The translations under genes were made by a program, and so were the position numbers. Shown piece after piece: positions 28,199 to 36,639 of a stretch of 37,370 bases of DNA (the stretch's first letter is position 1; every line of letters starts with the position of its first letter). The notes beneath the pieces were generated by a model. The model was not told the origin of the DNA. It saw only the letters and a program-made list of their open reading frames with translations, and made no database searches. Origin of the DNA: Treponema sp. (GTDB lineage Bacteria > Spirochaetota > Spirochaetia > Treponematales > Breznakiellaceae); NCBI GenBank assembly GCA_031276685.1, contig JAISMQ010000071.1:1-37370 (forward strand), written 5' to 3'.

Positions 28199-28855
28199 AT
28201 GAATCGTTATGTGGGTGAAAAATCGCGTGTTCTTTTTCAGGGGGATTCCATTACCGACTGCGGCAGATCAAGGACTGACGGAAACGACCTTGGCGAAGGG
28301 TATCCCGCCCGGATCGCGGGGCTGTGGCAGAATCTGTTTCCCGGTTCGGGGGCAACGTTTCTGAACCGGGGGGTTTCGGGGGATCGGGCCAAGAACCTGC
28401 TGGAACGCTACGATGCGGATTTTAAGGCACTGAAGCCGGATCTGGTTTCCATCCTTATCGGCATAAACGACACCTGGCGCCGTTACGATTCCAATGATCC
28501 GACCTCCGTGGAAACTTACGAAAAGAACTACCGTACCCTTCTTGAAAATTTGAAGCGGGATCTGCCCCGCGCGGTTATCGTCATCATCGAACCCTTCCTG
28601 CTCAATTCCGATCCCGCCAAAGCCCTGTGGCGCGAGGATCTGGACCCCAAGATCCAGGCCGCGCGGCAGCTTGCAAAGGAATTCGCCGATATCTTTATCC
28701 CGATGGACGGCATCTTTGCCCGCTACGCGGTAGGCGGGTTGCGCGAAACGGACATGTCCGCCGACGGCGTACACCCGACCCCCTGCGGCCACGGCATTAT
28801 CGCGGCGGAGTGGGTAAAGGCGCTGGATATAGGGTTTTCAGCCCCTGCCCTTTAG
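28199..28855 (+). CDS. SGNH/GDSL-family hydrolase
   Basis: Blocks FQGDSITD (I), GINDT (III) and DGVHPT (V). I set the start at ATG 28199 after SD AGGAGG. The track ORF start at 27899 is antisense to ychJ. Confidence 0.85.
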   Translation: MNRYVGEKSRVLFQGDSITDCGRSRTDGNDLGEGYPARIAGLWQNLFPGSGATFLNRGVSGDRAKNLLERYDADFKALKPDLVSILIGINDTWRRYDSNDPTSVETYEKNYRTLLENLKRDLPRAVIVIIEPFLLNSDPAKALWREDLDPKIQAARQLAKEFADIFIPMDGIFARYAVGGLRETDMSADGVHPTPCGHGIIAAEWVKALDIGFSAPAL

Positions 28856-30243
28856 TCTGATTCCGCGCTGTACAGAATATCTGCCAGCGCGGGGATCTCC
28901 GCAGGAATAACGCGGCTCCGGGGGCTGCGTTCCATGGCCTTTGCCAGGGAAGGCGGGACGGGGACAGGGCCCGCAAGGGGCTCCACGGTTTCGGCGAATT
29001 TCGCCGGGTGGGCGGTGGAGAGGATCCCCAGGGGGCCGGAAACAAGGCCGCGTTCCAGCAGCTTGTCCGCCGCGGCCCAGCCCACGCCGCTGTGGGGGTC
29101 AAGGACGTAGCCCGCCGAATCACGGACCGCGCGGATGGCGGCGCGGGTTTCGTCATCGGTAACGGAAACGCCCAGAATGTGTTCCTTCATTTCCGCCCAG
29201 GACAGATGGGCGGCCATACGCTCAAAATTGCTGGGGGCCCCTACGTCCATGGCGTTGGAGATGGTAGCCAGGGAAGGCCGGGCCCGGTAGTCCCCGCTTT
29301 CCAGGTAATCGGGGATGGTTTTGTTGATGTTGGTAGCCGCCACAAAGCGCCGGACGGGGGCGCCCATCTTCCATGCGTAGATGCCGGCGGTAAGGTTCCC
29401 AAAGTTGCCGGAGGGGACCGCCAGGGTAATGGCCTCGCCCTTCCGTACCCGGTGCCCCGCGCCGCCCGTTCCCGGCGCGGCGCCCCTGCGGGGATAGGAG
29501 CGGGGGCTGGCCTCCCCGTCGGGGTCGATCCGGCCCTCCAGTGCCCTGCCTGCGGCGGCGGCGTAGTAGGCCGCCTGGGGGATAAGACGGGACACGTTGA
29601 TCGAATTGGCGGAAGAAAGACGCAGGCGCTTTTTAAGCCCGGCGTCCGCGAGGGCGGCCTTGACCATGCGCTGGCAATCGTCAAAGCTGCCCTCCACCGC
29701 CAGGGCGCTGACGTTGCCCCCCAGCCCCGCGATCTGCCGCTCCTGCAGGGGGCTTACCCGGCCCCTGGGGTACAGCACGGTAACGGAGATACCCTCCACG
29801 CCGAAAAAACCGTCCGCCACCGCGCCTCCCGTATCGCCGGAGGTAGCCACAATGATCCGCAGGGCCTTGTCTTCCCCCCGGCGGAGGTACGAAAAGGCCC
29901 GGGCCCTAAAGCGGGCGCCAAAATCCTTAAAGGCAGCGGTGGGGCCGTGGAAAAGCTCCAGCACCTGCCGGTCCCCCGCCCCGACAAGGGGGGCTTCGAA
30001 GGGATAGGCGGCGCGGACCATTTCTTCCAGCGCCGCTTCCGGTATGTCGGGGCTTACCCAGGGCTTGATGGTTTCAAAGGCGATGTCGCGGTAGTCCATC
30101 GTCCCCAGGGAAGAACGGACCGCCGCCGGATAGGGCGGAATTTCTTCCGGCACAAAAAGCCCCCCGTCCGGGGCCAGGCCGGCCAGGGCGGCGGCGGCAA
30201 AACCCGCCGCTTCCGCCGCGCCCCTGGTGCTAAAATAACGCAT
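28852..30243 (-). CDS. thrC: Threonine synthase
   Basis: MRYFSTRG N-terminus and the PLP lysine motif GPTAAFKDFG. The stop overlaps the convergent SGNH stop by 4 nt. Confidence 0.93.
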   Translation of the reverse strand: MRYFSTRGAAEAAGFAAAALAGLAPDGGLFVPEEIPPYPAAVRSSLGTMDYRDIAFETIKPWVSPDIPEAALEEMVRAAYPFEAPLVGAGDRQVLELFHGPTAAFKDFGARFRARAFSYLRRGEDKALRIIVATSGDTGGAVADGFFGVEGISVTVLYPRGRVSPLQERQIAGLGGNVSALAVEGSFDDCQRMVKAALADAGLKKRLRLSSANSINVSRLIPQAAYYAAAAGRALEGRIDPDGEASPRSYPRRGAAPGTGGAGHRVRKGEAITLAVPSGNFGNLTAGIYAWKMGAPVRRFVAATNINKTIPDYLESGDYRARPSLATISNAMDVGAPSNFERMAAHLSWAEMKEHILGVSVTDDETRAAIRAVRDSAGYVLDPHSGVGWAAADKLLERGLVSGPLGILSTAHPAKFAETVEPLAGPVPVPPSLAKAMERSPRSRVIPAEIPALADILYSAESD

Positions 30244-30254
30244 GCGCGGGGCCT

Positions 30255-31550
30255 TTATCCGGCTGCTTTTTTGGGGAACACCAGGTTAAGGACGATCCCC
30301 ACCACGGTGGCAAGGGCTACGCCGGCCAGCTCGAACTGCAGATCCTTGGTGATGGCGAAGGCCAGCTTGCCGCCGCCTATGCCGATGACGAAGATCACCG
30401 ATGAAATCGTAAGGTTCCGCTTGTCCTTGTAGTCAACGCCGCTTTCCACAATGGTCCTTAGCCCGCTGGAGGCGATGATCCCAAAGAGGAGCATGGAAAT
30501 ACCCCCCAGGACGGGGGTGGGGATGGTTTGGATAAGGGCGCCGAATTTGCGGAAGAACGAAAGAACAACGGCGATAAGCGCCGCGCCGCCGATGACCCAG
30601 ACGGAGTACACCCTGGTTATAGCCATGACGCCGATATTTTCGCCGTAGGTAGTGTTGGGGGGGCCGCCCCAGAAAGCCGCCCAGGCGGTAGCCAGGCCGT
30701 CCCCGGCAAGGGTGCGGTGGAGGCCGGGGTTTTTGTAGAAGTCCTGGCCCACGACCTTGCTGGTTACCAGCGTGTCCCCCAGGTGTTCGCAGATAGTGGC
30801 CAGGGAGACGATGACGAACGTAAAAACCGCCACCATGTTGAATTTGGGAACCTGGAACCTGGGAAGGCCGAACCAGGGGGCCTCCCGGACAACCTGGAAA
30901 TCAATGACGTGGTAGGCGGGGAAGAAAAGGCCCATGATCAGGGCGAACAGGTAGCCCGCCGCCAGGCCGATAAGTATGGGGATAACGCTAAAGAAGCCCT
31001 TGAGGAAGATATTCGCCCCCACCGTTACCGCCAGCGTAAACACCGCAATGGAAAGCAGGACCAGGCTGTACTCCCCGTCCGCGCCGCCGCCCTTGTTCAT
31101 CGCCATGGCCATGGCGGTAGGGGCCAGGTTAAGGCCGATAACCACGATAACCGAGCCGATGACCACCGGGGGCAGGGCCCGGTCCAGCCAGCCGTGGCCG
31201 GCGAATTTGACGACAAGCCCCACCGCGCAGTAGAAGATCCCCGCCGCCACGGCGCCCCCCAGGGCGTAGGGCATGTTGGCTCCCCCGGGACCGCCGGCTA
31301 TGGCGAGAATGGGCGGGATAAACGCGAAGGAGGAGCCAAGAAACGCGGGGACCTTGGCGCCGGTAAGCAGGATATAGATCAGGGTCCCCGTACCTGCGGT
31401 AAACAGCGCCGCCGCCGGATCCAGGCCCGTCAGAATGGGCACCAGAATCGTGGCGCCGAACATGGCAAACACATGCTGGACGCTCAAAGGAATCCAGCGG
31501 CCCAGGGGCGGGCGTACCCGGGGCCCCAGGGTTTCAAACTGCTGTGACAT
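30255..31550 (-). CDS. uraA: Uracil permease (NCS2 family)
   Basis: [23 protein letters not shown] and [10 protein letters not shown] closely parallel UraA. I set the start at ATG 31550 after SD GGAGG. Confidence 0.9.
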   Translation of the reverse strand: MSQQFETLGPRVRPPLGRWIPLSVQHVFAMFGATILVPILTGLDPAAALFTAGTGTLIYILLTGAKVPAFLGSSFAFIPPILAIAGGPGGANMPYALGGAVAAGIFYCAVGLVVKFAGHGWLDRALPPVVIGSVIVVIGLNLAPTAMAMAMNKGGGADGEYSLVLLSIAVFTLAVTVGANIFLKGFFSVIPILIGLAAGYLFALIMGLFFPAYHVIDFQVVREAPWFGLPRFQVPKFNMVAVFTFVIVSLATICEHLGDTLVTSKVVGQDFYKNPGLHRTLAGDGLATAWAAFWGGPPNTTYGENIGVMAITRVYSVWVIGGAALIAVVLSFFRKFGALIQTIPTPVLGGISMLLFGIIASSGLRTIVESGVDYKDKRNLTISSVIFVIGIGGGKLAFAITKDLQFELAGVALATVVGIVLNLVFPKKAAG

Positions 31551-31572
31551 GATTACCTCCATACGGGGGGGC

Positions 31573-31583
31573 ATTATATACCA
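31573..31583 (-). promoter_or_regulatory. Candidate extended -10 promoter for uraA-thrC
   Basis: The minus strand reads TGGTATATAAT about 20 nt upstream of the uraA SD. The -35 is poor. Confidence 0.35.
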
Positions 31584-31618
31584 GGGCCGGCGCATGTACC
31601 ACGGTGGTATTCGCTGCG

Positions 31619-32443
31619 CTAAGGTTCCAGGCCCGCGAAGGCTCCGTCCGCCTGGGCGCTGAACCAGCCGAGGATGGCCTGGGCGCGGTTGGTAAAGGAA
31701 CTGCCTATCCGGGTCCCCAGGCCGGGAAGCGCGGCGGCTTTAGCCAGGGAGACGGCGTAGACCAGGAGGCCGTCCCCGGCGTCAACAACGGCCACCAGGG
31801 ATCGGAGCTTGTCTTTGCCCACTGCGGAGATAATGCCTATTTTAAGGGCCGTAAGGTTCCGCTGGACAAAGACAAAAAAATCGGGGCCGGCATGGTAACG
31901 GTACTCGTAGATGTTGTCCCCAAACGTAAGGTCCCGCTGGCGGGCGTAGAGGCTAAGGGCGGCGGGAAGCTCCGGGTAACGGGGATCGGCAAGTTCCCGC
32001 TTGGTATCCGGGGAATCGATAACCCGGGAATATTCGTAGAAAGTCCGCATGGCCCCCCGGCTTGCGGAGTAGTACTGAATACCCGCCAGGCTGGAAATGG
32101 CCAGCGCGCTGTTGAACAGGGCGGTCCGCTCAGCCTCGGTCCAGGCGGGCCGGGCTGCGGAGGGCGGTTTTTCGTAGAGGGCCAGGCTTTCCGCCATGAT
32201 TCCGGTCCCCAGTTCCGCCAGGGTCCCTTCCAGCAGGGCCTGGACGCTTCCGTGCCGGGGGGCAAGGGCGGGGCTTGGGTCTTTAAGCTGGACATGGGAC
32301 AAGGTTTTCCCGCCCCGCAGTTCAGCCGCAGCCTCCTCCCCGGCCAGTTCTTCCAGACTCAGAGGGAAGGCCGGGACGGAAACCAGGAACAGGGCGGCGG
32401 CCAGACAGGCACGTTGCGGCAATCCGGCGGCCCCGGGTTTCAC
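31619..32443 (-). CDS. Hypothetical exported protein
   Basis: GTG 32443 overlaps the jag TGA (GTGA). It has an N-terminal signal peptide ([18 protein letters not shown]) and normal composition afterwards. I recognise no family. Confidence 0.6.
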   Translation of the reverse strand: MKPGAAGLPQRACLAAALFLVSVPAFPLSLEELAGEEAAAELRGGKTLSHVQLKDPSPALAPRHGSVQALLEGTLAELGTGIMAESLALYEKPPSAARPAWTEAERTALFNSALAISSLAGIQYYSASRGAMRTFYEYSRVIDSPDTKRELADPRYPELPAALSLYARQRDLTFGDNIYEYRYHAGPDFFVFVQRNLTALKIGIISAVGKDKLRSLVAVVDAGDGLLVYAVSLAKAAALPGLGTRIGSSFTNRAQAILGWFSAQADGAFAGLEP

Positions 32444-33174
32444 CGCGCGCCGCCCCGGTAGTAGACCCGCACCTGCTTGTAAAGCCCGTCCCCTTCGCTC
32501 TTGGTTTCCACATCGGCAATGTCGTTCAGCGTGGTGTGGATCAGGCGACGGTCAAAGGGGTTCATCGGTTCCAGAAGAATGGAACTGCGGCTTTCGCGCA
32601 CCTGGTCCGCCACCGTATAGGCAAGCCGTACCAGGGATTCTTCCCGGCGAATCCGGTAATTTTCGCTGTCCAGGAGGATCCGCATGTCCTCCCGGCCCAG
32701 GCGTCCTGAGTAAATGTTGGCCAAAAGCTGCAAAGCGTCCAGATTTCTCCCCTTTTTCCCAATAAGGATCGAGGAAAATTCCGATTCGATCTTGAGCCCC
32801 AGCTTCCGGTTCTCCCGGAACAGCACGGTTACCTTGCCGGGACAGCCCATCCGCTCAAGCAGCCCGTCCACAAAGGCGATCATGGCGGTTTCAAAGTCGT
32901 TTTTGGGATCCGGATCGCCGTAAACCGGCTGGCTGTACTCCCGTTTCTGCGGTTTTTCCACCTGGTCTTCGGGCTCCGCATCGTCCTCCGCCGGTTTTTC
33001 GGACTTTACCGGCTTTTCCGTGTGGACCTGGATTTTTACATAGCCCCGTTTGAACAGGCCCTGGCGCTGGGTTTCCAGGATTTCCACATCAAAATCGTCC
33101 TTCTCAAGCCCCAGCTCTTCCGCCGCCCGGTCAATGGCTTCCTTTTCGGTACGGCCTTCAAATTCGTATACCAT
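32440..33174 (-). CDS. jag: Jag/KhpB-type RNA-binding protein (Jag_N, KH, R3H domains)
   Basis: The Jag N-terminus MVYEFEGRTEKEAIDRAAEELG, a KH-like middle region, and R3H (RRLIHTTL). It sits in the canonical position after yidC. Confidence 0.9.
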   Translation of the reverse strand: MVYEFEGRTEKEAIDRAAEELGLEKDDFDVEILETQRQGLFKRGYVKIQVHTEKPVKSEKPAEDDAEPEDQVEKPQKREYSQPVYGDPDPKNDFETAMIAFVDGLLERMGCPGKVTVLFRENRKLGLKIESEFSSILIGKKGRNLDALQLLANIYSGRLGREDMRILLDSENYRIRREESLVRLAYTVADQVRESRSSILLEPMNPFDRRLIHTTLNDIADVETKSEGDGLYKQVRVYYRGGAR

Positions 33175-33244
33175 ATTTTCACGCTCCTCGCGGTTGAAAT
33201 TACACGTCAGCGGGGCACCGCCCCTTATCAGCAGGGCACGCCCC

Positions 33245-35131
33245 TTACTTTTTCTTTTTTTTTGGGGCGATAACGGGCCCCTTGCCGTTCCTGGGTTTAA
33301 AAACTTCGCCGCCGCCGGCCTTCCCCTGGCCCGCAGGCGCGGCTGCGGCCAGTTCCGCCCGTTTTTTGGCCAGGTACTTGTTGATGGTCAACTGCTGCAC
33401 CATCGTAAGGATATTCGACATGATCCAGTACACCAGCAGCCCGGAAGGCACATCGTACAGGACGAAGAAGAAAATAATAGGCATGGCGTACAGCATGATC
33501 TTCATCTGGGCGTTGCTCTGCTGATCGGGCGTCTGGGTAACCTTGCCGTAGAGCAGTTGGGAGCCCACGTAGATAAAGGGGAGAAGCCGTAGATCGGTCC
33601 AGCCCAGAATGGGCATGGTGAAATTTTCAAAGTGGAGCAACGATTCGGGAATCGACAGGTCCGGTATCCAGCCGGGGATAAACATGGCCCCCCGCAGGTC
33701 AAAGTGGTTGTTGAACAGGTTGTACATGGCAAGGAAAATGGGGAACTGCAGCAGCATGGGCAGGCACCCGGACAGGGGGTTGTAGCCTTCCTTCTTGTAA
33801 AATTCCGCCATGGCCATGTTCATCTTTTGGGAGTTGTCCTTGTATTTCTCCTGAATCTCCTTGATCTTCGGGGCCAGCGTCTGCATCCTCAGCGTCGATT
33901 CGGAACCTTTCTTGGTAAGCGGGAAGAGGGCCACCTTGACCAGCAGCGTCAGAAGGATAATCGCCACCCCGTAGTTGTGAACGATCCGGTTAAAAAACGT
34001 GAGCAGCACCTTAAGAAGCATTTCCAGAGGCGCCAGGAAGCCCTTGGAATTGGCGACCTCCACAAGCTGCATGTCCTTGATAAAGAAACCGTTGGCCCCG
34101 GTGTTGTAGGGCTGCAGATCCTCCTGGGTCTTGGGGCCCAGGTAGAACCTGTACACGTCCTCGTTGCGGGGGGAGTTTAGCTCCTGCCGGGAGATGTAGA
34201 GCCGGGACGCGCTGGAAAGCCCCGGTTCCGGGCGGGAAGAAAAGGCCAGATCGTACTGGGGCAGCAGGGGGATGGCGATAAGGGTAAAGTACTTCCCCGC
34301 AAGGGCGGACCAGGAGGCCCGGCTGTTGTTCAGAATGGCGGGATTTCCCTCGCTTACCTTTTCCTGTTTCCGCTTGCCGTTGGTAAAGGTAAAGTAGTTC
34401 CGGTATTCGTAGCGCTGGTCCAGCCTGTCAAAGGCCGGGCCGATCTGGGGGCCGAAGCCCAGGGTATAGGCCGCCGCCGCCGCGCCGGTGTTTCCGGGAA
34501 AACTAAAGCCCGCCATGGAATGGCCGCCGTCCAGGGTCACCGCCAGCTCGAACATGTACTCGTTGGGTTTTAGGGTATACCGCTTGGTAAGCCGGAACTG
34601 CCCCCCCCCCGGAACCGCGAAGTCCTGGGAAAAAGACACGGTGTAGGGATCCCCCGCAGGGCGATCCACCCTGAACAGGGCGCTTACCGGCTGGGCGTCC
34701 ATGCCGCCAAAGGCGACGGTAAACCCGCGCGCCTCCCGGTCACCGCCCAGCAGCATTTCCAGAGGCGCCGAATCGCTGCTGTGTTCCTTAAGCTTCCAGG
34801 AAACCAGATCCCCCCCGATATTGCTGAACTCCGCAATCACCAGTTCGGTTTCAATCGAAACGCGCTGCTCCCGCAGGTTCTCCCCCTGGACCAGCTCGGC
34901 CGGCAGCGTTTCTGCGACGGGGGAGGGCGCCTGCGGCGCCCCGGGCGCTCCAGGATCCGGCGCAAGGCCGGGCGCCGGGGCCCCGGTAACTACGGGGGCT
35001 CCGCCTGGCGTCCCGCCGGACGCGGCCGGAACAGCGGGCGGAAGGGGCGGGGAAACAAGGGCCATGATAAAATAACAGCCCAACATCACGACAACCGAAA
35101 GCACGATGGCTAGAACAGTTCGTTTTTCCAT
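33245..35131 (-). CDS. yidC: Membrane protein insertase YidC (long form with periplasmic domain)
   Basis: N-terminal TM, a large periplasmic domain, and the 60-kDa-IMP core (PLSGCLPMLLQFPIFLAMY). Confidence 0.95.
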   Translation of the reverse strand: MEKRTVLAIVLSVVVMLGCYFIMALVSPPLPPAVPAASGGTPGGAPVVTGAPAPGLAPDPGAPGAPQAPSPVAETLPAELVQGENLREQRVSIETELVIAEFSNIGGDLVSWKLKEHSSDSAPLEMLLGGDREARGFTVAFGGMDAQPVSALFRVDRPAGDPYTVSFSQDFAVPGGGQFRLTKRYTLKPNEYMFELAVTLDGGHSMAGFSFPGNTGAAAAAYTLGFGPQIGPAFDRLDQRYEYRNYFTFTNGKRKQEKVSEGNPAILNNSRASWSALAGKYFTLIAIPLLPQYDLAFSSRPEPGLSSASRLYISRQELNSPRNEDVYRFYLGPKTQEDLQPYNTGANGFFIKDMQLVEVANSKGFLAPLEMLLKVLLTFFNRIVHNYGVAIILLTLLVKVALFPLTKKGSESTLRMQTLAPKIKEIQEKYKDNSQKMNMAMAEFYKKEGYNPLSGCLPMLLQFPIFLAMYNLFNNHFDLRGAMFIPGWIPDLSIPESLLHFENFTMPILGWTDLRLLPFIYVGSQLLYGKVTQTPDQQSNAQMKIMLYAMPIIFFFVLYDVPSGLLVYWIMSNILTMVQQLTINKYLAKKRAELAAAAPAGQGKAGGGEVFKPRNGKGPVIAPKKKKK

Positions 35132-35176
35132 GCAAATTCCTTAGTGGGGTTCCTGTGTAACAGGCCCCTAGACAAC

Positions 35177-35395
35177 CTAGACGACCGGATCATAACCGCC
35201 CCGGTGGAAGGGGTGGCAGCGCAGGATCCGCTTAAGCGCCATAAAACCGCCCCGGCAGACCCCGTACTTTTCCACCGCCTGGTAAGCGTAGGCCGAACAG
35301 GTGGGGACATAACGGCAGCAGGAGGGGAAATAGGGGGAAATGGCGCATTGATAAAACCGGATCAACAACAACACCGCTTTTCGTAAGAAAATCAT
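35177..35395 (-). CDS. yidD: Membrane protein insertion efficiency factor YidD
   Basis: YQ.AISPY....CRY.PTCS.YA..A....G motif. I set the start at ATG 35395, directly after the rnpA stop. Confidence 0.9.
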   Translation of the reverse strand: MIFLRKAVLLLIRFYQCAISPYFPSCCRYVPTCSAYAYQAVEKYGVCRGGFMALKRILRCHPFHRGGYDPVV

Positions 35396-35397
35396 GT

Positions 35398-35790
35398 TCA
35401 ACTTCCGTTTAGTAGAAGGCCGGCCCGGGCGCAAAGCGCGGTAAGCTGATCCATACGGGCCCTAAGCCCCCCCTGTCCGGGGCTTTTCGGCCCTTCCGAG
35501 GGCTCCGGAGGCGGATAAACCAGCAAAACCAGGTCAAAACCCCGCGCCAGACGGGGCCGCAGCAGACGGTAGGCTTCCCGCCCCAGCCGCTTGGCCCGGT
35601 TCCGCGCCGGGGCGCTGCCGAATTTCCGCGCCAGCGTAAAGCCTATCCGGTTATAGGGAAGGCCGCTTTTCATTACAAACAGCTTGGCGCCGGGACAACG
35701 GTAGGCCCTTCCCTGCTTAAAAACGTTCCGTATCCCTTCGCTCTGCTTTAACCGCTCATAAGCCCGGAACCGGAAACCGGACCCTTCCAC
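35398..35790 (-). CDS. rnpA: Ribonuclease P protein component
   Basis: Basic protein with an RNR-like motif ([16 protein letters not shown]), located between rpmH and yidD. It has a GTG start. Confidence 0.85.
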   Translation of the reverse strand: MEGSGFRFRAYERLKQSEGIRNVFKQGRAYRCPGAKLFVMKSGLPYNRIGFTLARKFGSAPARNRAKRLGREAYRLLRPRLARGFDLVLLVYPPPEPSEGPKSPGQGGLRARMDQLTALCARAGLLLNGS

Positions 35791-35794
35791 GCCG

Positions 35795-35950
35795 CTAATA
35801 GGGCTTCTTCTCGTCAGAAACCGTAAGCTTGCAGCGCCCCTTTGCCCGGCGGCGCTTCAAAATCAGCCGCCCGCCCCGGGTCTTCATCCGCGCCCGGAAG
35901 CCGAATTTGCGGTTCCTCTTAACCTTGCTGGGCTGATACGTCCGTTTCAT
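35795..35950 (-). CDS. rpmH: 50S ribosomal protein L34 (below the ORF-track length cutoff)
   Basis: My own translation gives [51 protein letters not shown], the canonical L34 sequence. SD AGGAG (35959-35963) is present. Confidence 0.93.
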   Translation of the reverse strand: MKRTYQPSKVKRNRKFGFRARMKTRGGRLILKRRRAKGRCKLTVSDEKKPY

Positions 35951-36072
35951 GGGAACATCTCCTATATGTGAGCCGGTTTCAAAACCCGGGGGTTTGAAAC
36001 AGCCTCGTGTTAAAACACAGTACGACCGATTGTGGGCCGCCGGCAGCCCGGCGCGCTTCGCTCAGGGCCCGG

Positions 36073-36096
36073 AAAACCGGCCTTTGGCCGGTTTTT
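36073..36096 (-). terminator. Terminator-like hairpin inside the putative rpmH leader
   Basis: AAAACCGGCC-TTT-GGCCGGTTTT is a perfect 10-bp stem. On the minus strand it is followed by only U4-CC, so it would be weak or an attenuator. Being A/T-flanked, it could act in both directions. Confidence 0.4.
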
Positions 36097-36131
36097 GCCC
36101 TTGCAACAAGCCCCTGGGGCAACAAAGGGCC

Positions 36132-36160
36132 AGTATAGACAGTTCGGCGGCCCTTGGCAA
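36132..36160 (-). promoter_or_regulatory. Strong sigma-70-like promoter upstream of rpmH
   Basis: The minus strand reads TTGCCA-N17-TATACT (-35 at 36160-36155, -10 at 36137-36132). This would give a leader of about 175 nt to the rpmH ATG. Confidence 0.5.
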
Positions 36161-36466
36161 GGGGGCGTTCAGCAGGGCCGGCGCAAAGCTGCCGTTCAGA
36201 TAGCGCAAAGCTTCGGTGTAGGCCCGGAGGGTCCAGCTCCCGCCACAGGCGTTTCGTCCCCTGTCCTTGGCGCTGCCGCAACCCCCGGTCCGTGCGTCTG
36301 CCCGTACCTGCAGCCCCGAATGGCGGATATTTGGGGAAAGCGCCCGCCGCGCCAAAATTCAGCCGCCCTTTTCACAAAAAAACACAAATACTACGGTTTT
36401 TACAAAAACCCGGCCTTGAAACAGTTTTACTAAAACTAAAAATAAATTTGCGGACCGTGTACACGC

Positions 36467-36494
36467 TTGACAGGCGCTTGTTCCGGCATATCCT
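36467..36494 (+). promoter_or_regulatory. Candidate promoter for the GIN-domain lipoprotein gene
   Basis: TTGACA-N16-TATCCT in an AT-rich region about 170 nt upstream of the ATG. Confidence 0.3.
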
Positions 36495-36584
36495 TGTAAT
36501 TGGAGCTTACCCATAAATGTAAACAGTATGGGTAAATGTCTTTGATAAAACGCATTTTCGCAGCCCCGGGCGTGAAAATGCAGG

Positions 36585-36619
36585 GCCTGTCCGCAAAGCA
36601 GCCGGTTTTGCGGACAGGC
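36585..36619 (+). other. Perfect 13-bp stem hairpin directly upstream of the lipoprotein SD
   Basis: GCCTGTCCGCAAA-gcagccggt-TTTGCGGACAGGC. It ends 6 nt before AAGGAG (36626-36631). No T-tract follows. Confidence 0.4.
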
Positions 36620-36639
36620 GCCACTAAGGAGCCGTTATT

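Noticed and set aside
28852-28855. 4-nt overlap of convergent stop codons (SGNH hydrolase TAG / thrC TAA), and the 5-nt gap between convergent genes at 2322/2328.
   Set aside because: The overlap is real but common in compact genomes. It carries no evidence of a specific regulatory or antisense mechanism.
36062-36355. ORF-track candidates in the rpmH upstream region: 35949-36203(+), 35979-36281(-), 36032-36433(+), 36062-36355(-), 36154-36516(+).
   Set aside because: They are mutually overlapping, Arg/Gly/Pro-rich, and lack SD sequences and recognisable motifs. A strong promoter and hairpins occupy the same DNA.
36585-36619. CCGCAAAGCAGCCGG resembled the ACGCAAAGCC..CCGG core of a c-di-GMP-I (GEMM-I) riboswitch.
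   Set aside because: The first half of the aptamer (CACGCACAGGGCAAACC with a GNRA-capped hairpin and tetraloop receptor) is missing. The segment is simply a perfect 13-bp hairpin.
35951-36639. Possible chromosomal origin (oriC) next to the rpmH-rnpA-yidC-jag cluster, including the AT-rich tract at 36360-36450.
   Set aside because: I found no TTATCCACA-like DnaA boxes on either strand. No dnaA or dnaN gene is adjacent in the window. The AT-rich tract is better explained as promoter/leader sequence of the flanking lipoprotein gene. A GC-skew or DnaA-box scan on the whole contig would settle it.
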